Shown: one piece after another, positions 57,471-64,000 of the stretch
How positions within the stretch are numbered: the stretch's first letter is position 1
Layout of the letters: each line of letters begins with the position of its first letter
Assembly: GCA_032128875.1 (NCBI GenBank)
Contig: JAVLKG010000004.1
Coordinates: forward strand, 384,001 to 448,000
From: Candidatus Melainabacteria bacterium 17Bon1m
GTDB taxonomy: Bacteria; Cyanobacteriota; Vampirovibrionia; Obscuribacterales; Obscuribacteraceae
Reading direction: 5' to 3'
Length of the DNA stretch: 64,000 nucleotides
The notes under the pieces: generated by a model
What the model saw: the letters and a program-made list of their open reading frames with translations, nothing else
Told to the model about the DNA's origin: nothing
Databases searched by the model: none
Program-made: the position numbers and the translations under genes

Positions 57471-60400
57471 TTAGCGAATACCTTTCCAGCGTCTGTATGC
57501 GGCAGTACCGGGTATGTTTGCCGCAGCGCTGTCAGATGGCGCCCATCCAGCGACGAATCCATCGCGACCGCTCATCATTTTCATTAGTCGTTGTGGACTG
57601 ACTGGCTGCGCGTGTGATGGATTGCCTCGATCAGGATCGCCAAGGATGTAATTGCCATCGGCATTTCTGCCGGCTACATATATGTAGTGCCGGTTGCCGG
57701 TGTGCGGATTGATGACGCGTGCGACAGCGGAGTGCCCTTGATCTAATTCAGCATTAAGATCTTCCATGCCCTTCTGCCCGAATCGATTGTACTGATACGC
57801 CTTTGCTTCCAGTCCGGCTTGGCGCAGCTGTCCAGCCATCGTGTCGAGAGAACCGCGATAACCGTGGCTGAGTGTTCCGGCCAGTGCTTTGAACCCTCTC
57901 ATCTCTTGACCGTATTGAGGTGGGCGTCCTTTGAGGTGATCGCTGACCATCATGGCCATGGAAAACGCCGAGCAGCTGTGTCCGTCGTCTTGATGTGCAT
58001 AGAACCTCGAGCGGTCTGAGATGTCTCGCACAACTCGACCTGTCGGGGCGTTACGAACGGAGCGCTCCGGAACCAGATCATTTTCTGCCGGTTTTTCAGT
58101 CTTACGGATTTGTGGAAGCTCTAGTGGTTGTTTCACCGGTTGACCGGGTTGTCCGATTACGCCGTCATTGTTTCGATAAACGATGTCTGATCCGACATTA
58201 TGTTGGCGCCACAGCGGGCGCGAGTTGTTGCGAAAGTCATTGTTTTCAATGATTGAATCATTTACACCACCATTTGTCGGGCTTCCTCCTCCTAGAGAAA
58301 TTCCGGCTAAATGGCTGCCCTCAACAACATTGCCCCTCACTTGAATGCGTGAAGTTAATTTGCCCCTGTGTTCCGATGCTAATTCAATGCCGTAGTTAGA
58401 GTTCTTGATGTGGTTGCCTTCGATTATGACGTCGCTGCCACCATCGACATATATTCCAGCACCGCTGCGGTCTCCCTTATATGCTGGGTTGCTCTTTGTA
58501 TCAATATTGAAGACTGTATTTCCGGCGATGATGCCATTGCGAGCGCGGTCGATGCCGGCGCGTCCCACACCCTCGTATCCGATCACGTCGATACCAATGT
58601 TATCGTTATCGTGGACTTTGTTGTTAATAACGCGGAATCCATCGACATTTCCATTAATTGCAATCGTTTCGCTTGAACCTAGTTTGTTGTGATGAACTTG
58701 ATTGCCCGCGATTATGATGTTGCGCATCGGTTCTGCGGAAGTTCCTCTTACCACGATGCCATGCGCATTTTTTGAATTCTCGATATGGTGGATATTGTTG
58801 TTTGTGATTGATATATCGCGGCTTGTTCCTTCGACTTTGATTCCCGTCGGCGTGTCACCGCCTCTGACGTTGCGAATTTCGAATCCATCAATCTGGACAT
58901 TGCGCCTGTTAGAAATATCTATTGCACTGCCGGAGGTCCTTTGTCCGTCCAAATCAATAATTGCTTGCCCATCGCCGCGCAGGCTGATGCTGTCTTTCTT
59001 TATTTGCAGGCGCTCTTTGTAAACGCCGGGATGAACTTTGATAATTGAGCCTTCTTGCGCCTTGTCGATGGCGGCCTGAATGCTTTCGCCCTGTCGAACT
59101 TCGACGATCGGTCTGCCTGCGTCGTTTTGTCTTTGCAGCGGGTAGCGTTCACTGACTTTGCGTTCGCGTTCTCTTTCGGTGATCTGAGCGATTCTTTCTG
59201 GTGTTTTATCAGGCGTTCGCTCTGGCGTTCGCTCCGGTGTGCGTTCCGATTCACGCGCCGGTGCATGTGCACTAGCGCGTGACCATCCTCTTACGTCACG
59301 ATCAACGTCTCGTATGTATTTGCCTTCGTCATTGCCGTCCTTCCCTGGAGCGTACTTGGGGATAACCTTGGCGACGGTGTCTCTGCCTGCTTTCAGGAAG
59401 TGTGTGCCGTCCTGCATGAGTTTGAACCAGTCGCGCGCTCCTTCGGTAAAACTGCCATACTGCCTATAGCCGCCATCGCCTTTTATGTTGCCGACGCTAT
59501 TGTTACGATGGGCCGCACCGTGTTTTCCAAAACCTGATTCTGATTTGAAGAATCCCAGAGTCAGCGCAGGATCGATACCGTATTCAACGCCAAGCTTGTA
59601 CAGGTGTTGGCCGAATGTTAGCTCTCTGCCTGTTTCTTGATCTCTGATTCTCTCTTTGGCTGCCGGTGACTTTGCATCGCGCAGAATTTGGTCGATTTTC
59701 TCAGCGCTTATAGACGGCGAGCCTCTCAGCATCAACGAGCCATCTCGCCCAGCTTGTGGTGCGCGAACTGCTCTCATCTCCGGATCAATACTTTCTTGAT
59801 TGATGTATCTCTGAGCGACTGTTCCGTCTGGTCCTGGTTTGCCTCGCCCGCGTTTATGCGGTGTCGAGTCGCCACGTTTTGCACGACCACCTTCGTCATA
59901 TTCACTTGTGGCGGAGGGTATACCGTCTTGCTCGGCTGAGCGTCTGGTACCGCGAGCACTTGTTCTTTGCACGCCACTTTCAACGTCACGACGCACTCCG
60001 GGCGCCGTTTCGCGCGGACCTTGTTTTTGTGCGATCTCTTCTGGCGAGTACATCTGGAATGTATCGCCGACCTTGAAATGATTACGCCCGAGGCGCGCAA
60101 ACTCACGGTTTCGAATTCGAACCGCTTCCTGTTGCATCTCCTGCTGGGACATCTGGATTTTGCCTTGGCGCTGCATCTCTTGAAGTGCCTGATAAGGCCC
60201 CCAACCTTTTTGAAGTGAGGGAAGCTCCATGTTTTGATACTTCATGCTGCCGGGTTTTTCTGCACTACCTGGCTGGTCTGTCACTTTCGTGGTTTCGATA
60301 GAACCCTTGAATGCGCCGTCCTCAGTGTATTGGAATTCAAATTTCCTATTGCTCTTCTCGCTTTCAACAGAAACAGCGCGCAATTTACCGTCCCGTTGTT

Positions 60401-61592
60401 TTTCGAAGGTGTATTTCGCACCGTTTGTTGTGGTGGCACTGTTCGTCTTTTCATCGACGATCACACCGGCTTCCTTCAAGCCTTCATAACCAGTCGACGC
60501 ACCGATAGCAATAACTGCTTTATCTCTTTTCGATGGTGAATTTGCACCATCGAAAGATGGGTCGTTCAGACCTTTTTCACCAACTGTTCCTTTCAAGACG
60601 TATTGCACGGCGTCTTTCAGTGCTTTTGAATTTTTCAGATCTGTGGCAACGTGCCTATCTTGCGAACCGACAAGATCCAAAGCCTTCTTGACTCTTGTGG
60701 CTGCATCACCAGCGGTGCTCAAACCTGAAACGTCAATTCCTCTTGCTTTCAATTCGTCTGGCGTCAGAACTTTTAGCTGTTTCTTTCCATCAGCCATTTC
60801 GCGCATTGAAATTGCGCCGTTGCCGGTGAGTTCTGTTGTTTCATGGACAACTCCATCTGCTCTATCCTTGAATGTTTTGTGAATAGTGACGGCGCCATTT
60901 TCTTTTGCGACTTGTTCAGATTGCAGTTTATCTTTGTTCTGTCCAGGATCGAAATTACGAGAAAAACTTTCGGTAATTGGTGTTCGCAGATATTTTTCTG
61001 TGGATAAGCCATTTGGACCTTTGCCGGTTTCGAAAGTACGCTCGAAGCTGCGCAAATCTTTGCCTGCAGAGTATTTCTCACCAATTAAATGATCTTTGCG
61101 TCCTTGATACTCTTTGGCGACATCTTCTCTGCCATCTGTGCGGCTGCGTACTAGCTTTGCCAGTCCATCTTTGCGCTCGGAGGATTTGTAGGTACACTCT
61201 GCTCCGTTTGGTCCAGCAGTTTGGCACTGCAATCCTTTGTCGTCTGGCATCGGCAACATGCCGATGCCGGCAAACCTGGCCTCGCGCTCGACACCAGGCA
61301 TTTTTTTAGATCCGAGCCACATGTTATCCATCATGGCGCGATACGAGTTGAAGTCGCCACCCATGTAGCCGGCTTCTCTCACTGCGTCCGGACTGCCAGG
61401 CGCAAAACTGGCGGCAATCACGGACTGATTGAAATTTACCCGCGAACCGTCGCTGCCCGTTCCTTTATATACGTCGAACTGCAACTTCTCAGCAGCAACG
61501 GCAGCTACTTCAACTGCTGGTTGCTGTTCGACCGGACGCGGAGATTCCACTGCGCGGGCGGGCGCAGCCTCTGTTTGACCTCTTTCGCTCAA
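57471..61592 (-). CDS. Multidomain protein: glucosaminidase-like + right-handed beta-helix + C39-like peptidase
   Basis: YGIDP..ESGFG..NN..KYAP; SIQAAID..PGVY plus NN-ladder repeats; SCSAFSMAM..HYI..DP. Confidence 0.8.
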   Translation of the reverse strand: MSERGQTEAAPARAVESPRPVEQQPAVEVAAVAAEKLQFDVYKGTGSDGSRVNFNQSVIAASFAPGSPDAVREAGYMGGDFNSYRAMMDNMWLGSKKMPGVEREARFAGIGMLPMPDDKGLQCQTAGPNGAECTYKSSERKDGLAKLVRSRTDGREDVAKEYQGRKDHLIGEKYSAGKDLRSFERTFETGKGPNGLSTEKYLRTPITESFSRNFDPGQNKDKLQSEQVAKENGAVTIHKTFKDRADGVVHETTELTGNGAISMREMADGKKQLKVLTPDELKARGIDVSGLSTAGDAATRVKKALDLVGSQDRHVATDLKNSKALKDAVQYVLKGTVGEKGLNDPSFDGANSPSKRDKAVIAIGASTGYEGLKEAGVIVDEKTNSATTTNGAKYTFEKQRDGKLRAVSVESEKSNRKFEFQYTEDGAFKGSIETTKVTDQPGSAEKPGSMKYQNMELPSLQKGWGPYQALQEMQRQGKIQMSQQEMQQEAVRIRNREFARLGRNHFKVGDTFQMYSPEEIAQKQGPRETAPGVRRDVESGVQRTSARGTRRSAEQDGIPSATSEYDEGGRAKRGDSTPHKRGRGKPGPDGTVAQRYINQESIDPEMRAVRAPQAGRDGSLMLRGSPSISAEKIDQILRDAKSPAAKERIRDQETGRELTFGQHLYKLGVEYGIDPALTLGFFKSESGFGKHGAAHRNNSVGNIKGDGGYRQYGSFTEGARDWFKLMQDGTHFLKAGRDTVAKVIPKYAPGKDGNDEGKYIRDVDRDVRGWSRASAHAPARESERTPERTPERTPDKTPERIAQITERERERKVSERYPLQRQNDAGRPIVEVRQGESIQAAIDKAQEGSIIKVHPGVYKERLQIKKDSISLRGDGQAIIDLDGQRTSGSAIDISNRRNVQIDGFEIRNVRGGDTPTGIKVEGTSRDISITNNNIHHIENSKNAHGIVVRGTSAEPMRNIIIAGNQVHHNKLGSSETIAINGNVDGFRVINNKVHDNDNIGIDVIGYEGVGRAGIDRARNGIIAGNTVFNIDTKSNPAYKGDRSGAGIYVDGGSDVIIEGNHIKNSNYGIELASEHRGKLTSRIQVRGNVVEGSHLAGISLGGGSPTNGGVNDSIIENNDFRNNSRPLWRQHNVGSDIVYRNNDGVIGQPGQPVKQPLELPQIRKTEKPAENDLVPERSVRNAPTGRVVRDISDRSRFYAHQDDGHSCSAFSMAMMVSDHLKGRPPQYGQEMRGFKALAGTLSHGYRGSLDTMAGQLRQAGLEAKAYQYNRFGQKGMEDLNAELDQGHSAVARVINPHTGNRHYIYVAGRNADGNYILGDPDRGNPSHAQPVSPQRLMKMMSGRDGFVAGWAPSDSAAANIPGTAAYRRWKGIR

Positions 61593-61765
61593 TGTTCACC
61601 TTGCGCTTGGGGTGGAAGCGCTCTGGAAATAACTAGTAATGCAAGATCTATAAGTTAGCGGACGCCCGTGACCGCTCCGTTACATTAAACGGACCGGAAT
61701 TCCGATTGCGAAGGAAACTTAGAGAATCTGTCGAGCGAACGGTCGATTGAATTTAAGTGCAAACG

Positions 61766-62164
61766 CTAAAAATAGATGCCTATAACCAGGCTAATCATTG
61801 TGTAGACGCTCAACGCGATTAATACAACGGTAATAATGAAAGCAGACGTCCAAAAGACGTGCTCTCCAGCGTCGTGAATGCGTTTCATGCGGCGGTGATA
61901 GTCGATAGCACCGCCAGTCAATCCGAGAATTCCGAGTGCCATCATCGCAATTCCGACCTCGCGCGGATAATGCAGAGTGGCTTGGAAATGTCCTGAGCGA
62001 ATCATGTCGTGCATGAATTTGCTCAGGGTAAAACCAAATCCAATCAAGGTTAAACCCGTTCGAATCCAAGCCAAAAGCGTGCGTTCGAGCGCAAGTGTTG
62101 TCCGCATTTTTGCGAGTTCGAGACCTTGATCAGGTTTCGCAACTACTGGAGCCTCATCGCTCAT
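61766..62164 (-). CDS. DUF202/YidH family membrane protein
   Basis: RTTLALERTLLAWIRT. Confidence 0.92.
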   Translation of the reverse strand: MSDEAPVVAKPDQGLELAKMRTTLALERTLLAWIRTGLTLIGFGFTLSKFMHDMIRSGHFQATLHYPREVGIAMMALGILGLTGGAIDYHRRMKRIHDAGEHVFWTSAFIITVVLIALSVYTMISLVIGIYF

Positions 62165-62634
62165 TAATTACTCTCTGGACCTTTCTTGGCTTCATCAATT
62201 ACGAGCGTTTCCGAGATGCTCTTTTTGAGAACCTGAAATGTGTCCCACAGCTCGTCGTGAAGTTTTTCTGCTGTTCTGGTGGCATTGATGAGCTTGAGCT
62301 TTGTGCCTTCAAGGTGTCGGCTATCCGGTGTGCCCCTCGATTTTGAATAGGCTTTGTCGACTTCCTCTAACTGGCGCAAAGCTTTAGTCAAATCACGCAC
62401 AATCATTTTGCTTTTTTCGGATGATTGAATGATGAAGAAGCCTGTCGAATTCGGCTGTCCCTTCAAATTCATAAGCATCGTTTGTTCGCGGTCAAACTTT
62501 CCCTGTGCGTCAGCTCTTGCTCCGTCTGTTGTGGAGATTGGTGCGATAACCAATAGGGCGGCGGCCAAAAAAGCACCCGACTTAATAAGGGTGGTTGTGC
62601 CTTTGCTCCAAAAGGATTTAGTGGAACTCCTCAT
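62164..62634 (-). CDS. Secreted hypothetical protein
   Basis: GGGAG SD, signal peptide; TAATG overlap with the DUF202 gene. Confidence 0.7.
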   Translation of the reverse strand: MRSSTKSFWSKGTTTLIKSGAFLAAALLVIAPISTTDGARADAQGKFDREQTMLMNLKGQPNSTGFFIIQSSEKSKMIVRDLTKALRQLEEVDKAYSKSRGTPDSRHLEGTKLKLINATRTAEKLHDELWDTFQVLKKSISETLVIDEAKKGPESN

Positions 62635-62928
62635 TGTTTGCTCCCGCTTTCATATTCTGTGACTTTGGGAGTTTACCAAATTGAAGACCGCTGAAATTTG
62701 GATGCCAAGCTTTTGAGACAGAAATCGGCTTGCCAAGCGCTTTGGTGAAAGTCGACTGGACGATCTTCGTTTGGAAAAAAGGTCGTTAACGGTCTTTTTT
62801 CTAAGTCGATCTACCACTGGAGTTCGAGAAAAAGGCAGATGTAAAGCGGGGTGAGGGCTTTTGCCAGCTTGTGCCATGGCAATGTCTTCTTTGGTATAAA
62901 GGCGACGAATGGGCGGCGAGGGGTTTGT

Positions 62929-64000
62929 GTGTTTCGCGTGCGCTTGCAGCTGATGTTTGTCGCTGGACTTCTTCTACTCGTTTCGAAGAGCGAAATTCAG
63001 GCTGCCGAAGTTCGACGCTTTGATGATGTATCTGGTGCAAAGGCGCCACAAAAGTTGGTGGTTGCGCAGTCAAGTAGACCGACGCAGCAAATTTCAAAGA
63101 GCCCAGCCAGCAAGGTGCTGAACCATGCAGCGAACAGTGCGTCGAGCCATGCGCCGAACAATGCGTCGAACCATGCGCCGAACCATGCGCCGAACAGTGC
63201 GTCGAACCATGCGCCGCACAATGCACCCGGAGTCAACGTAGAAAAGGACTTCGAACTGGTCGAGCCTTCCGGCAAGCAACTTCAAGCGTTGCCTTTCGAT
63301 GAGGCGCATTCCGGCATCCAAAATCTGCTGAGTTATGGCAATGAGTTATTTACAGACGGATATTTGAAGGAAGCAGCCGAGCAATTCAAAGAGGTAATCG
63401 AGCGTGACCCTAACAACGTCACGGCAAAAAACAATTTGGCACTGTGTGAGAAACGTCTTGGTGAAATCGACCATTCCATTTCACTTTTGCAGGAAGCAAT
63501 TGCGACCGAACCACTCAAAGCTGAGCTACACAACAATCTGGGCTCAGCCTATCTTTCAAAGGGGGAGAGCGACCTGGCGCTCAAGTCATTTTTCCAGGCT
63601 TTGAACCTTCGTCCAAACTATCCGGAGGTTCATTACAACCTTGGGCATTTGTATTCTATTCGACGAGCTTATGATCAGGCAGTAGTCGAATATCAATCCG
63701 CGCTGAAGGAAAAGCCTGAAGATGCCAACTATCACCGCGATCTGGGCGATACGCTCAATTTGATAAAACGCTCAGAAGAAGCACTAATTGAGTATCGTGA
63801 AGCGAAGCGATTGGGAGACAATTCGCTTGGATTGAAGCTGCGTGTAGTTGCTGTATTTCGCGATTTGCAGCAATTGGGTGAGGCTGAAAAGCTCTGCAAT
63901 GACCTTATGAAAGACCACCCAAAGAATGCTGAAGTCCTTAATCAGCTGGGTCTGACATATCTAAGGCAGGGCAAGATCGAAACAGCGGAGCAGACTTTCA
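62929..64000 (+). CDS. TPR-repeat protein (3' truncated by window)
   Basis: Frame open from 62851 to end; signal-like MFVAGLLLLV; TPRs AKNNLA, LHNNLG, VHYNLG, YHRDLG; not in ORF track. Confidence 0.88.
   Translation, partial: MFRVRLQLMFVAGLLLLVSKSEIQAAEVRRFDDVSGAKAPQKLVVAQSSRPTQQISKSPASKVLNHAANSASSHAPNNASNHAPNHAPNSASNHAPHNAPGVNVEKDFELVEPSGKQLQALPFDEAHSGIQNLLSYGNELFTDGYLKEAAEQFKEVIERDPNNVTAKNNLALCEKRLGEIDHSISLLQEAIATEPLKAELHNNLGSAYLSKGESDLALKSFFQALNLRPNYPEVHYNLGHLYSIRRAYDQAVVEYQSALKEKPEDANYHRDLGDTLNLIKRSEEALIEYREAKRLGDNSLGLKLRVVAVFRDLQQLGEAEKLCNDLMKDHPKNAEVLNQLGLTYLRQGKIETAEQTF
63121..63228 (+). repeat. In-frame 12-nt tandem repeat (NHAP/NSAS)
   Basis: ~9 units AACCATGCGCCG/AACAGTGCGTCG. Confidence 0.9.

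Noticed and set aside
62801-63321. Minus-strand repeat ORFs (HGSTHCSA, WFDALFGA, VRRM)
   Set aside because: Shadows of the 12-nt repeat in the + strand TPR gene

Overview
64 kb of bacterial chromosome, roughly 45-50% GC by eye. The cyanobacterial-type efp-accB-accC order, a stand-alone RRM protein, the absence of photosynthesis genes and many long signal-peptide-less orphans suggest Melainabacteria (Obscuribacterales-like); this is inference. Housekeeping content: valS, efp, accB, accC, tRNA-Arg(TCG), a tRNA(CAT), tag, SRAP, NUDIX, an RND pump with a divergent TetR, two two-component systems, and otsA-like and paaN-like genes. No CRISPR array, integrase or transposase is visible. Most notable observations: (1) a tandem pair of candidate sRNA genes with a shared promoter-like motif, C-rich elements and terminators (3110-3455); (2) two more unexplained structured non-coding elements (6676-6858, 30957-31082); (3) a decaying cluster of immunity-like genes beside tRNA-Arg with a tRNA fragment; (4) a 17-kb block with a matrixin-TonB fusion, a kinase-pseudocyclase-STAND protein, an orphan VirD4-like coupling ATPase, a DUF3142 pair and a 1373-aa triple-hydrolase lacking a signal peptide. 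All family assignments come from motif recognition, not database searches.
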